From Nemertoderma westbladi (taxonomy: Eukaryota > Animalia > Xenacoelomorpha), in NCBI GenBank assembly GCA_032718475.1, contig JAUCBJ010008651.1:1-45067 (forward strand): a stretch of DNA of 45,067 nt, read 5' to 3'. This document shows, piece after piece, positions 11,637 to 23,780 of this stretch. Position numbers and translations under genes: made by a program. The stretch's first letter is position 1. Every line of letters begins with the position of its first letter. Under the pieces are notes generated by a model, which saw only the letters and a list, made by a program, of their open reading frames with translations, was not told the origin of the DNA and did no database searches.

Positions 11637-14600
11637 ATGGTGGTCTGTTGCGGTTGCAACCCTAAAGCGGGCCGATGTTTGAAGTGCGTGTGCGCCCGTA
11701 CGGGCAGAAAATGCACAGACTGCGCGCCTTCTAAGTGGGGAAACTGTACGAACTCTGGTGGACAAGTAGCGCGGTCCTCCAGTGCGGTCTCTCAACTTTC
11801 CTGCTCACAACCCCAGCCAACTAGAGACGCCTTGCAGATGCCTGCGCTAGGGACCATTTCTCAGCCAACGGATAGCGCATTCGGTATATCCGGCAACGAC
11901 ACTCTGTTAGACTTAGACGATACCATAAATGGGGACAAAGTAAGCCAATCCCATCCTCTAATATCGGTTCCTAGCCAGTCGGATCCCCCATTGTCGGTTG
12001 ATGCTCTGTCGGGTCCCCCAGTGTCGGTTGGTGCTCAGTCGGGTCCCTCAGTGTCGGTTGGTGCTCAGTCGGGTCCCCCAGTGTCGGTTAGTGCTCAGTC
12101 GGGTCCCCCAGTGTCGGTTGGTGCCCCGTCGGGTCCCTCAGTGTCGGTTGGTGCTCAGTCGGGTCCCCCAGTGTCGGATGGTGCTCAGTTAGGTCCCACA
12201 GTGCCGGCTGGCGCCCAGTCGGGTCTCCCAGTGTCGGTTAGTGCTCAGTCGGGTCCCCCAGTGTCGGTTGGCGCTAAGTCGGGTCCCCCAGCGTCGGTTA
12301 GTGCTCAGTCGGATTCCCCAGTGTCGTTTGGTGCACAGTCGGGTCCCCCAGTGTCGGTTGGTGCTCAATTGGGTCCCCCCGTGTCGGTTGGTGCTCAGTC
12401 AGGTCCCCCCGTGTCGGTTGGTGCTCAGTCGGGTCCCCCAGTGTTGGTTGGTGCTCAGTCGGGTCCCACAGTGTCGGTAGGTGCTGCGTCGGTTCCCCTG
12501 GTGTCAATCGGTGCTCATTCGGGTCAACCTGTGTCGGTTGGTGCTCAGACGCGTCCCCCTGTGTCGGTTGGTGCTCAATCGGGTCCCCCCGTGTCGGTTG
12601 GTGCTCAGTCAGGTTCCCCAGTGTCGGTTGGTGTCCAGTCGGGTCAACCTCTGTCGGTTGCTGCTCAGTCGGGTCCACCTGTGTCGGTTGGCGCCCATTC
12701 TGGTCCCGATGTGCCTGTTGGTGCTCAGTCCAGTCCCCCAGTGCCGGTTAGTGCTCAGTCGGGTCCCCCAGTGTCAGTTGGTGCTCATTCGGGTCCTCCA
12801 GTATCGGTTGGTGGTCAGTCGAGTCCCGGAGTGTCGGTTGGTGCTCAGTCCGGTCCCCCAGTGTCGGTTGGTGCTCAGTCGGGTGGTACTCAGTCGGGTC
12901 AACCTGTGTCGGTTGGTGCTCCGTCTGGTCAACCTGTGCCGGTTGGTGCTCAGTCGGGTCCCCCAGTGTCGGTTGGTGCTCAGTTGGGTCCCATCATGCC
13001 GGTTGGTGCTCAGTCGGGTCAACGTGTGTCGGTTGGTGCTCAGTCGGGTCAACCTGTGCCGGTTGGTGCTCAGTCGGGTCCCCCAGTGTCGGTTGGTGCT
13101 CAGTCGGGTCCCCCAGTGTCGGTTGGTGCTCAGTCGGGTAAACCTGCGGCGGTTGGCGCGCAGTCCGGTCACCCAGTGTCGGTTGGTGCTCGGTCGGGTC
13201 AACCTGTGTCTGTTGGTGCTCAGTCGGGTCCCCCAGTATCGGCTGATGCTCAGTCTGGTCGACCTTCGGCGGTTGGTGCTCAGTCCGGTCCCCCAGTGTC
13301 GCCAAACACTACAGTGCCTCCTACCGCCAGGGGGCACGGGTCTAATGCTGTTGCCTGGTTTGGGACCAGCTTACATTTAGACGTGTTCGCCGAATCAGTC
13401 CATAAGGTGCACGACGCGATCGTACATTGGCGCCCCAACCTATTCCTCCTACCCCCCGGTGCGATCGGACGCGAAGTGGTTCAGGAGATGACTCGGCTGC
13501 TAAATATGTTTAATGCAGGGTCACTATCTGGCGAGGCGGCGCTCACCGCGCAATTTATCTTACCCGCTCTGCTGCTACAGAAGCCCAGCCGCACTTCAAC
13601 CACCGCGACCCACCGGAGAATTCTAGAACGCCGTATTTCTTCGTGGAAGTCAGGCGAGATTATCGAGCTGTTTAACGAGGCCAGGGCCATACAATCCCAC
13701 CTCCCAAAGGTTTCGGCCCGGGCCAAACAACTCAGGAATACCGCGGCGGAGAGGGCTTTCTGTAAGCATATGTTAACGGGAAACGTTTCTGCGGCAGTGC
13801 GTACGCTGGATGAGATGGCCAAGGGTCAAGTGTTGAACCTGGATGAGGTAATCACCGACAAACATGGGGTTCGCAAGTCGGTTCGCGAGTTCCTCCTGGA
13901 CAAACACCCCCCTCCAGCTCCAGCCCACGAGTCCACCCTTATCGGTGAGTCTGATGACGCTCCCGAATATCACAGCGTCATATTCGAGAGGATAGACGCT
14001 CAGTTGATCCAATCGATGTTTCTGCGCTTCCGGGGAACAGCAGGAGGGCCATCTGGTCTCGATGTCCAGGGCTGGAAGCACCTCGCGACACGGTTCCGCA
14101 ACCCTTCTGTCGACCTGTGCACCAGCATCGCAAATACGGCGAAGAGGATGGCCCAATCTTCGAATGACCCGCGCGAGCTGGCATCCTTGCTAGCCGCCCG
14201 TCTCGTCGCTATCGATAAGTGTCCCGGGGTCCGCCCAATAGGAGTCGGAGAGGTCTTGCGGAGGGTCATCGGGAAGGCTATCATTAGCTGTATCTCGGAG
14301 GATCTCCAGAGCGTGGGCGGTACCACCCAGATGTGCTGCGGCCAGAAGGCAGGTATCGAGCACGCCATCCACAGCCTGAATGACGCGTTTGCGAGCGACG
14401 ACTGCGAGGCGGTGCTGCAGGTGGACGCGAACAACGCGTTCAACTCGTTGAACCGCGCCGCAGCACTGCACAATATCCGCCATGTCTGTCCCTCTCTCCA
14501 CACCGTTGTATCGAACTGTTACTCCCTCCCAACGAAGCTTTACATAGGCGGGGAGTTCATATTATCGGCCGAAGGATCAACCCAGGGCGACCCCATTGCT

Positions 14601-16190
14601 ATGCAGATGTACGCGATGGGATCGATGCCGCTGATCGGCGAGCTGGACGACGCGTCGGAGGTCCTTCAGAAGTGGTATGCCGATGACGCGAACGCGGCGG
14701 GAACATTGGTAGAGCTCCGTAAGTTCTGGGACCTGTTGGCGGAACGAGGGCCGCTGTACGGTTACAACCCCACAAAGTGTCACTTGCTCGTAAAGCCGGA
14801 TCTGCTGGAGGAAGCTAAGCGGATGTTCCCCGAGGAATGTTTTACCATCGGGACTGCTGGGAACAATCTCCTCGGTGGAGTGATCGGGAACGCTGAGTAC
14901 CGGGAGGAGTTCGTCCGGAAGAAGGTCGACGAGTTTGTCGCCCAGTTACATCAACTCAGCAAGGTCGCAGCAATCGACCCGCACTGTGCCTACGCCGGCC
15001 TAGCTATCGGATTAGTTGCTCGATGGAGGTTCATCGCAAGGGTTGTCCCGGGGGCCATGGATTTCTTCGAGAAGCTCGAGGAGTCCGTCGTCCAGTTCCT
15101 CCAGGGCCTGACCAACCGCCCCGTCATCACTCCCGAGGAGCGCGGGCTGCTCTCGCTACCAGTTCGCCACGGCGGGCTAGCGATCCCGACTCCCGAGGAC
15201 TTACGAATCGAAAACGGCAACTCCAGGTGGATCTGCGAACCGTTTACGGAGGTCGTGGAACCGGTCGCTATAAGGGAGGCGCAAAAGTTCATCGCCACCC
15301 GGATCAAGGCGAGGGCCGTGCCGGCACTGAAGGAGAAGGTGGAGTCGGTTAGTTCGGACCTACCCGAGAATCAACGGAGGTTGACGGAGCTCGTGGCGGA
15401 ACCTGGCGCCTCGGCCTGGCTCAACGCGCGCCCCATAACCCTCCACGATACCCACCTAACTAAAGAGGAGTTCCGCGACGCATTGTGTCTGCGTTATGGG
15501 TGGCAGCCCGAGTCGCTCCCAGCCCGTTGTGCCTGTGGGACAAGATTTTCAACAAACCACATCTTGTCTTGTCCCACCGGCGGTTACCCGTCAATTAGGC
15601 ACAACGAGCTCCGGGATTTCGTCGCCACAACGTTAACCGAGGTCGCTCATAACGTTGCCATCGAGCCGCACCTGCAGCCAATCACCGGCGAGCAGTTCTC
15701 CCGCACGTCCACTTCCGTGGACCAACAAGCTCGGTTGGACGTGTCGGTCTCCGGGTTCTGGGGGAATCGATATCAAAAGACGTACATAGATGTATCCGTC
15801 TTCAACCCCCTCGCCCCGACCAACGCCGCAATGGACGTCGACGCAGCCCACCTATTCCACGAAACCCGGAAACGCAACAAATATCTGGAACGGATCCGGG
15901 AAGTCGAGCACGCCACGTTCACCCCGCTGATATTCTCAGCGTTGGGGGGAATATCTCCCTCCACGACGCTGTTCGTGAAGCACCTCGCTTCAAAGCTGGC
16001 GGACCGGCGCGAGCTGCGCTACTCGGAGTGCGTGAGCTGGGTGCGGAGGCAGTTCAGCTTCGCGCTGCTGCGGGCCTCCCTGATGTGCATAAGAGGGTCG
16101 AGATCGGCACGGAAACGCCCAGTATTTGTTGGGGCAGAAGCATCGCCGTCCATCTTGCTGGCCAACGCCGACACAAGGGTGGGACAGTAG
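11637..16190 (+). CDS. CRE-like retrotransposon protein (Cys-rich N-terminus, repeat linker, RT, CCHC finger, RLE), 1517 aa
   Basis: GPSGL, GVRPIGVGEVLRRVIGK, VDANNAFNSLNR, STQGDPIAMQMY, WYADD (14676), LSLPVRHGGL, CACG...HILSC...RHNELRD, RLD...D, E..KRNKY, FTPLIFSALGG. Confidence 0.95.
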   Translation: MVVCCGCNPKAGRCLKCVCARTGRKCTDCAPSKWGNCTNSGGQVARSSSAVSQLSCSQPQPTRDALQMPALGTISQPTDSAFGISGNDTLLDLDDTINGDKVSQSHPLISVPSQSDPPLSVDALSGPPVSVGAQSGPSVSVGAQSGPPVSVSAQSGPPVSVGAPSGPSVSVGAQSGPPVSDGAQLGPTVPAGAQSGLPVSVSAQSGPPVSVGAKSGPPASVSAQSDSPVSFGAQSGPPVSVGAQLGPPVSVGAQSGPPVSVGAQSGPPVLVGAQSGPTVSVGAASVPLVSIGAHSGQPVSVGAQTRPPVSVGAQSGPPVSVGAQSGSPVSVGVQSGQPLSVAAQSGPPVSVGAHSGPDVPVGAQSSPPVPVSAQSGPPVSVGAHSGPPVSVGGQSSPGVSVGAQSGPPVSVGAQSGGTQSGQPVSVGAPSGQPVPVGAQSGPPVSVGAQLGPIMPVGAQSGQRVSVGAQSGQPVPVGAQSGPPVSVGAQSGPPVSVGAQSGKPAAVGAQSGHPVSVGARSGQPVSVGAQSGPPVSADAQSGRPSAVGAQSGPPVSPNTTVPPTARGHGSNAVAWFGTSLHLDVFAESVHKVHDAIVHWRPNLFLLPPGAIGREVVQEMTRLLNMFNAGSLSGEAALTAQFILPALLLQKPSRTSTTATHRRILERRISSWKSGEIIELFNEARAIQSHLPKVSARAKQLRNTAAERAFCKHMLTGNVSAAVRTLDEMAKGQVLNLDEVITDKHGVRKSVREFLLDKHPPPAPAHESTLIGESDDAPEYHSVIFERIDAQLIQSMFLRFRGTAGGPSGLDVQGWKHLATRFRNPSVDLCTSIANTAKRMAQSSNDPRELASLLAARLVAIDKCPGVRPIGVGEVLRRVIGKAIISCISEDLQSVGGTTQMCCGQKAGIEHAIHSLNDAFASDDCEAVLQVDANNAFNSLNRAAALHNIRHVCPSLHTVVSNCYSLPTKLYIGGEFILSAEGSTQGDPIAMQMYAMGSMPLIGELDDASEVLQKWYADDANAAGTLVELRKFWDLLAERGPLYGYNPTKCHLLVKPDLLEEAKRMFPEECFTIGTAGNNLLGGVIGNAEYREEFVRKKVDEFVAQLHQLSKVAAIDPHCAYAGLAIGLVARWRFIARVVPGAMDFFEKLEESVVQFLQGLTNRPVITPEERGLLSLPVRHGGLAIPTPEDLRIENGNSRWICEPFTEVVEPVAIREAQKFIATRIKARAVPALKEKVESVSSDLPENQRRLTELVAEPGASAWLNARPITLHDTHLTKEEFRDALCLRYGWQPESLPARCACGTRFSTNHILSCPTGGYPSIRHNELRDFVATTLTEVAHNVAIEPHLQPITGEQFSRTSTSVDQQARLDVSVSGFWGNRYQKTYIDVSVFNPLAPTNAAMDVDAAHLFHETRKRNKYLERIREVEHATFTPLIFSALGGISPSTTLFVKHLASKLADRRELRYSECVSWVRRQFSFALLRASLMCIRGSRSARKRPVFVGAEASPSILLANADTRVGQ
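11960..13300 (+). repeat. Coding 30-bp minisatellite (~44 copies, consensus peptide VSVGAQSGPP)
   Basis: Unit GTGTCGGTTGGTGCTCAGTCGGGTCCCCCA; the frame is preserved throughout, including one short in-frame irregularity near 12885. Confidence 0.95.
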
Positions 16191-16321
16191 AGTCAGGAAC
16201 TCATACCGGTATCATAAACAATTTCAAAATCAGTTTGGTTATTTTATATTATTTAATTCCCTTGTATGGTTTAAATTTCCCGCCTTTTGCTCATTTGATA
16301 ATATAAACAACAAGAGGGTAC

Positions 16322-16664
16322 AGTACAAGTACAAGTATAAGTATAAGTATAAGTATAAGTATAAGTATAAGTATAAGTATAAGTATAAGTATAAGTATAA
16401 GTATAAGTATAAGTATAAGTATAAGTATAAGTATAAGTATAAGTATAAGTATAAGTATAAGTATAAGTATAAGTATAAGTATAAGTATAAGTATAAGTAT
16501 AAGTATAAGTATAAGTATAAGTATAAGTATAAGTATAAGTATAAGTATAAGTATAAGTATAAGTATAAGTATAAGTATAAGTATAAGTATAAGTATAAGT
16601 ATAAGTATAAGTATAAGTATAAGTATAAGTATAAGTATAAGTAATAAGTATAAGTATAAGTAAT
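16322..16664. repeat. Hexanucleotide microsatellite: (A)AGTAC x2 then (AAGTAT)~55
   Basis: Read directly; abuts the 3' end of the CRE element. Confidence 0.97.
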
Positions 16665-19600
16665 ATACTTAAATTCACAACTGAATTTTGATGATCTGGT
16701 TTAAGAGGCTTTTGTTTGCATATTATTGCAAGTGAAATTCTTTGAATTTAATTTCAACGTTCAACACTAGTAGGTTTAGTATAAGGCGTGGCGCACATGA
16801 GTGAAATTATTAATCAGGGCCTATGTGTCCTGGGATAGTGACTTAATAAACTTACAACCGTTTCTCTATCTCCCCTTAATTTCCATACAAATGAAATTGC
16901 ATGAAATTTTAAATTCCTAGCACGTTTGAGAAACTAGAAATGTCACTAAAAGAAAATCGCTGAGAATTGAAAATATGGCGAGTAGTGGCGCATTGCGAAT
17001 TCACACAGTGAAAGGGGTTATACAAGAGGAAGGCCTTAATACAGCTAGTGCGCTATAATACAACCAATGTAGCCTATCCTTGCACAGTATTCTGTCACAG
17101 AATGGCTCAATTTAGGGATCTCTATTTTTTATACAATTTAACTATTTCCGCGTTTGAATCCAATTATTAATATAATATTAATTAATATATTGCCAAAGGT
17201 ATACAATTAACATGTTGAATTATTTTAAAACTTGTACAATACAAGTAAATAATATATAATACATAATACACATTGCTGGAGTGAAATCCTAATAGAAATT
17301 AATGTTTAGTTTTCTGTATCGTACGTATACAACAAAAAATGAAGCTAAACAAATCTTAACGGAGTGGGAGCGCGGGGGGGGGGGTGGGGGGTAAGGCTAT
17401 TAATTAATTAATTAATTAAATTCATGGTGATATAATGTTGTTTCCAGCAGCAATACTGCATTCCAAGGTGTTTGACTATGGTCTGACGGTAAGGCCTACA
17501 GATTATTATATTTAAATTAACAATAAACTTTTAATACCGGTCAGCCGCTACTATAATACAGTAATAATTGGCAGTAAGCTACACTTGCATATTAAAAAGT
17601 CGCCGGTAAACCCAACAAGAGTAAAGCAAGGGTAAGTTGAAGTTGAAGTAAAGCTGCAATACTCAGATAATGCAATAGGCTGATAGTCAAGCGCTTGCTA
17701 ACCGGTAGGCAAGGAATTGCTGCCTATCCGTCAGGAATTTTGTTGAGTTTGCAAATGTGAAAAGCATTTTAACAATCCTTCTGGTCGTGAATTTAATTAA
17801 TTGTGGTGTCAAAAGACGCGCAAGAATTTCCGCTTTCAATTGATATAAGCCACGTGCGAAATGATTGAGATTTAATATGTATTTGAATCGATCGAAAATC
17901 TCTACCCATAGAAACCAAAATATTAAATTATCAGAGCACTTTAATGATGTCATATAAGTAGTAGCCAATCACAGCCGATTTTCAAAATTGGCTTCCCGCT
18001 CTTACTTAAACCCGCCATTTAGACCGTTTCGTCATGTTTTTACAAAAAACACACCCCGCTACTCGATTCAGAGCATCTTGTTCTCCCTTATTCAATTGTT
18101 TCCATCTCAACAACTTTTTCGCGCACCAACCCTATTTATCACGATAGAGGGAACTTATATTTATTTATTTAACATGTGCGTTTGTGCAAACATTAATTTG
18201 CTTCCCAATTGTTCAAAATGAGCAAAAAAAGGCGGGAACTTTATCGTAGAAATTATTGGATTCACAATCCAAAATTTATAAAAAAATATATCTCACAATC
18301 TCACTGACCAAAACATTAATTAAATTATTATTTATAAGCTATGGCCTCTTCTGTGTGGCTGCTGGCCTCGAAATGTGAAACCGGCTAAAAAAGTTATAAA
18401 TTATTTACATAATATTTATTCTGATATCATATCACCCATTAAAATTGCATCATAATTGGATTCATGAAACTTTGCCAGTTTCGTAAGGTATATATTAATA
18501 AATGGGGCAATTCTTTAATTGTTAGGTTCTCAAGTCATTTACCGACGAGTCACAGTAAATGATTAGGCAATACAGTTTATAGTTACCATGTCTTACGTTC
18601 TATCCATCATACAGTTGTTAATGTTAATATTAGTTTAGTAAGGGGTAATGGATATAAGGCAACTTAAATCTAATGACTACTAAACATTCGAGTGCTATCT
18701 TAATTGTTCATTGTTAGAATGAGTGGTCAAGTGGAATGGCAGAATAGGACAAAAGAGTTACCAACAAAAGATCAAAATCGTCTTTAGGATTATTTCATTG
18801 TGTCGCAACTGCCAAGATTTTCTATAAATTAATAATTCGGGTTATAAGCCTTAATATTAACGTGTTAGACCTTAAGTGATAAATCAGCCCGGGGCGAACT
18901 TTAATCTTGGATTGCAATAAATCATATGCCACATATTCATTCATTTAGGATTCCAGCATTCTCTATTGCATTGTGGGCACAAGGTTTAGTTCCAATGCAC
19001 GTACATTCTACACAGCAACTCTGTGCAGCAATATATGTTTATCTCAATTTCCCAATTTTTTCACTTCTACTTCTCCGTCCAAGTGATTTATTGTGTCGTT
19101 CTTACGTGATCTGTATTTGGAACATTAATGTAGCGGTTCCGAGTGGATACAACATCTTAACAGCTTTCAAATTAATGTTTGGTGGCGCAGCAAAGAGGCT
19201 TTCGCAGGAGGGGTAATAAAGAAAGGTTTGGGTAGTTATGGAGTGCTCATTCTTGAGAGTTAGCATATGACCTGGTAACAGCCAAAAGAGAGGAGACGTC
19301 GGGTTGCTTCCGGTGGTGTTTATGTTTCAAACGTTCAATGAGCACATTTTCATTTGTTCATCATTTAACGAAATGGGGATCGGAACATTATGCGTCAGCG
19401 TGGAGTGAATCCTTTAATGTTAAAGTGGATCTATTGAGGATACGGTTTGCGATGCATCCTAGTTGTGTGCCTGATATATGATGTACGAGTACGAACTACC
19501 GGTTCCACAAACCACGATAATATGTCCACAAATTTACCAATTAAGTTTCATGTTCTAAGAAAGAATACCTTTCTTGAAAATATAAACTGCTGATGAACAT

Positions 19601-21014
19601 TTTTGTTTGCTGTTTACAATAATTTTGCTAACCGTAGGTTCACAGTTATGTTTATCGATTTATGCAAAACGACTTATTAATATATTTAATTTATTTCTAG
19701 TTCTACCAATCTTAAAAATTAAAGCGCTTGTGTACTGTGTATATTTTTTTGGATGAGTTGTATTAAATTGTTCTAGATGCTGATGTGCGCTTTGGAAAAT
19801 ATCAATATCGCTGAGATCTCTCTGAAAAAACGCCTTCCCGCCTAACTGCCTAGCCATATAACTGTGTTAAAAAATAACTGTTAACCAAAAAAATCAAAGT
19901 TGTTAAAAAAATATTAAAAAAAATGATCATAGCGTAATGATATTTGAATTAACTTGAATGTATAAATCAGGGTATATCCCATTGTTGTTCCATGAGTACC
20001 ACATGGGTTCCTGTCTGACCCGGCAGGCAGGAGGGTTTTCAAAGTAGTTAATGTATTGCTGCTTATGACTGTCCGTCCATTCTGAATAATTAGTAATCAA
20101 GAAATCGAATTAGAGTGCTGATTATGGAATGTTGATCCATCTGAAAGAGATATCCATTTTCTTAAATTCAATAGATATATATATTTGTTTGTGACTAGGC
20201 AGGTCAGACAGTTGCTTATCTATATATACACGTAAATCAACATTGTGAATGGTAATCTCAGGAATCGAATATAAATGCGACGTATTAACTTTCCTTGCGA
20301 AAATTATAATTTTACTATTAATGAATTTTAAATAATAATAATAATTATTATTATTATTATTTGTCATTATAGGTAGAAACTAATTTAAATTTAACATTTA
20401 AGAAATAATTCAATATTCTACTGTAACTTGTGATCAAATGGAAAAAAACAAATCAAACAAAAAATAAATTCTAAACTTAGTTAAGAAATGGCGGTAGAGT
20501 TGTATTATTTTGAAAATGCAAAATGTCATTCCGAGATATATTCCTGATAAATGCCAAGAAATTGAAATTTCCCAGTAAAATTCTGAGGATTTATTAGGAA
20601 GTTAATACTAATACGTTATCTACCTACACTTATATTAGCAATTATTATTATTAATATAATATTAACAGCAATAAAAAAGTACAAACAACCTTATTATTAC
20701 ATGTCAATATATCGAAAATGACAATTTTTAGGAAAAAAATATTCTTAATTTGTTCTAGAATATATTGAGCCTTGCAATGTGGGCTGAATAAAATATTCAT
20801 GAAAATTACGGAACTTTCGAACACATATTATTTAAATTCTATATTAGTACGCATTTTTGAATTTATTGGCCAAACCGTTTCGATACATTTTCAAATATCA
20901 TACAATCTCATCAAGAATTTTAGAAGAAATGACGGGTGGGGGGGGGGGGGGGGGGTTGTGTATTTGACTTAAACGAAACACCAGTATCAGGGGGGGGGGG
21001 GGGGGGGGGGGAGA

Positions 21015-21610
21015 ATTAATTTTCGGAGATGGATTTCGATGTCGTTGCAATAACCGAAACTTGGTTTACTGGAACAGTTGTGGACATTGTACCTGCGACC
21101 ATTGTATGTCCCAAAGATTCCAATTACCATATGCATAACAATCCCAGAGTTCCATCAGCAACTGAAGTTGCAGTGGTGGCGTTGCTTGTGTTTTCAACAC
21201 TCGCCTGAAAGTTAATAACTGCATCGAATACAAATTAGCTATTCGTCCTTTGAGTATCTAGAGAGAACAATACATGTTGTGTCACATTAGTGCTCCTATT
21301 CATAATGTATTGCGCATCTCCTTCGAGTCAAAATGGTCTAACTGCGCGGATCTTTAGTGATCAGTTTGCTGATTTTTTAGAATGAGTATCCATCAGGTCG
21401 GGGAAACTGAATATAATTGGAGATTTTAACTTTCATGTTAATGATGATATGAGTTAAGAATGACAACAGACTGGCAGCCGATTTTCTAGATATGTGCAAG
21501 TGTTTTGGTCTACAACAGTTTGTTAGTGGACCCACCCACCGATCGGGGAATACCTTGGACTTGGTTCTCGCCCATACTGAAAATTAACATCTGTAAAAGC
21601 TTCTGTGGGA
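21015..21610 (+). mobile_element. Decayed CR1/L2-type LINE apurinic-endonuclease fragment
   Basis: Broken frames give DFDVVAITETWF, SGGVA, SFEYLE, IIGDFNFHV, LQQFVSGPTHRSGNTLDLVL. The fragment stops just before the expected SDH motif. Confidence 0.85.
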
Positions 21611-22899
21611 TATAACTGGCCCTTTTGCTTCGCAATCCAGTTTCCCCCCTAGGCGCTGGAATACTCTAAAAGGCTCTATAACTATATATAATTTCCCCTC
21701 GCCCGCAAGGTACCGTTATAGGTGTTTTAACGGACATAAAAGTCATTCTGCTATATACGTGTTTTGGCGGACATGGTAAGGCAAAAAACCTGCAATGCAC
21801 CAAATACCTTTACACAGCTTAGCCTTGATGATTCATATTACGACATCTAGCAGCTGGTTGCTGGCATGGAAACAGCCATTGGACGCATGGTTCTTTGTTT
21901 GGCTTGAGCCAATCAGAGCGATTTTTTCTGTCGACGTGTAGATATTCGGCCGATCATACTAGGAGTGTTCAGTCTTACTGTTTTTTGTGATACTGTTGTG
22001 TTGTTGCTATCTAGGCCAGGAACACCGGCTCTAGAGTCAATTCGTTTTCATACTTTAGAAGAAACATTAGTAGGCTTAAATTATAGAGCGTATAACTGTT
22101 ATCGGTGCAACTCCGTTCAGTTTTGCATTATCGGTTCAACATACATTATTATACTGCTATTTACTGTTGTGTTTTGGTTGAATATTATTTGGAGAACATT
22201 TATAAAGAACCCAAATTTCCCAATTTTCTTGATACACTACAGGTTAGAGAGACGGGTTATATATAGCGATTGCGACTTATATTGTTGTGGTTTGTAGTGA
22301 ATTTAATGCTATTTGGTAAGCCCTACATGAGTCAATTGCTGTTCGCTTTATATATGATAAAATTCATTGACGGTCGGCAAATTAGTGAGCAGTATTGTGT
22401 GTTACCGGTAGTGTGCCTGATTGTGACTGATAACTAAGCATTTCCTAAAGAATGCGCCTCATACGTGAATCATAAGCCTTACCGACTTACCGTTGTGATT
22501 AGTATAAGACATATCTCTGTTTACCTAGATAGAGCGCCACGTCCTAAAGGAACTGTTAATATTTCCCGAAAGTGAATAATATTAGTCAGAAATTATTTAT
22601 TAACGATCAATCGAATACATACAGTAAGCTTACACTGCAATAATAATCTAAGCCCTCAGAATCCAGTCTCCCGGGTATATCCAGCGGGTGAATGGACGCG
22701 CACTAGGCTGGCTTCTGCTAATGTTGTGTTTATTGGTATTAAATATTTGTCATCTTCTAAAGTCTATTTATAAACCAAAAGACATATAAATTTTGGCAGG
22801 TTAAACTGCTAAAGGTCTTCAAAAGCGCGTACAATAAAAGTTATTGACTTTATTGCAGTAAGCAATAAAGTTGAAAGTACCGGTCGACCGGTAAACCTG

Positions 22900-23025
22900 A
22901 ACCGGTACTTCTGTAGGTCAGTAGGCCCAACTGCCAGAACCGGTACTGCTGTAGGTCCGTAGGTCCAACTGTCAGAACCGGTACTTCTGTAGGTCCGTAG
23001 GCCCAACTGTCCTAACCGGTACTTC
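22900..23025. repeat. 38-bp tandem repeat, 3.3 copies
   Basis: AACCGGTACTTCTGTAGGTCCGTAGGCCCAACTGTCAG-type units start at 22900, 22938, 22976 and 23014. Confidence 0.92.
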
Positions 23026-23199
23026 CAGTATAAGTACATTAGTATTATTCGATTTTTGATTATTGTATACCGGTAGGTCTCGATATTAAATCGGGGACGC
23101 CTGGTTTTTATTGGGATTTTACTTAGGTCTATTTCTGTCAGTTTTATTTCCTAGTAAGTTAATATTGAGCTGAAGACGTGTAAGTCTGCTCAGATTGTT

Positions 23200-23780
23200 C
23201 AGATAACTGTAGGCCGGACTGTTGTCGGATTGTTGTTGAGTTTGGAGAGATTGCGGCGTGTGTAGAGTTTGTCCGATAGAGTGCCAGTTAGTAAGTTGGG
23301 GCAGCCATAGCTGTAAGGTCAATCCCCTCTTAAAGAATAAGTCGTACTACCGTGTTAGAACGCATACTAACTAACCATTTTGGAATCTGCACATACTGTA
23401 GTTTATTTAGGCTTGACAGTATTCTGCCAGCGCTTTGGCCTGTGTTTGTTTGTGTGGTCTGTTCAGGTACCGTAATAGTTATTACTCAGATATTTTGTAG
23501 GCTGGATTGTTGTCTAGCTATTATTAGGTCTGAAGAGATTGCTGCTTGTGTAGAGTTTGTCTGATGAAGTGCCAGTTAGTAAGTTGGGGCAGCCATAGCT
23601 GTAAGGTCAATCCCCTCTTAAAGAATAAGTCGTACTACCGTGTTAGAACGCATACTAACTAACCATTTTGGAATCTGCACATACAGTAGTTTATTTAGGC
23701 TTGGTGGTAGTCTGCCAGCGTTTGGTTTGTATTTTGTTTGAGTATTCTGTACGGGTAGCGTAATATTTATTATTCAGAGT
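23200..23780. repeat. 288-bp tandem duplication within the outer LTR
   Basis: GTGCCAGTTAGTAAGTTGGGGCAGCC...GGAATCTGCACATAC is identical at 23281 and 23569; the flanks are more diverged. Confidence 0.9.

Larger units (their letters stand above)
11481..16321 (+). mobile_element. Full-length CRE-clade (RLE-type) non-LTR retrotransposon inserted in a microsatellite
   Basis: Single intact GC-rich ORF with a ~156-bp 5' UTR and a ~130-bp 3' UTR, bounded on both sides by the same hexamer arrays. Confidence 0.9.

Noticed and set aside
11998-13380. Multiple alternate-frame and antisense ORFs
   Set aside because: By-products of the stop-poor 30-bp coding repeat.
17004-17020. CACAGTGAAAGGGGTTA resembling a piggyBac/MITE terminal repeat
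   Set aside because: No matching opposite end or TSD found.
18339-18380. LWPLLCGCW as possible GPCR exon 3
   Set aside because: Wrong phase after the AG, spacing too short, and no following D..../DRY TM3 sequence.
20933-21011. Poly-G runs (also ~966, ~17374; poly-C ~7024)
   Set aside because: Homopolymers recur throughout this window and their lengths are error-prone; no specific structure.
21592-21610. Canonical TGT start for the outer LTR at 21592
   Set aside because: These bases still read as a plausible continuation of the LINE endonuclease (TSVKASVG), and TATA at 21611 matches the inner element's end. Not fully excluded without the 3' LTR.
22900-23025. CRISPR-like appearance of the 38-bp and 30-bp repeats
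   Set aside because: Head-to-tail units without unique spacers, no cas genes, eukaryotic context.
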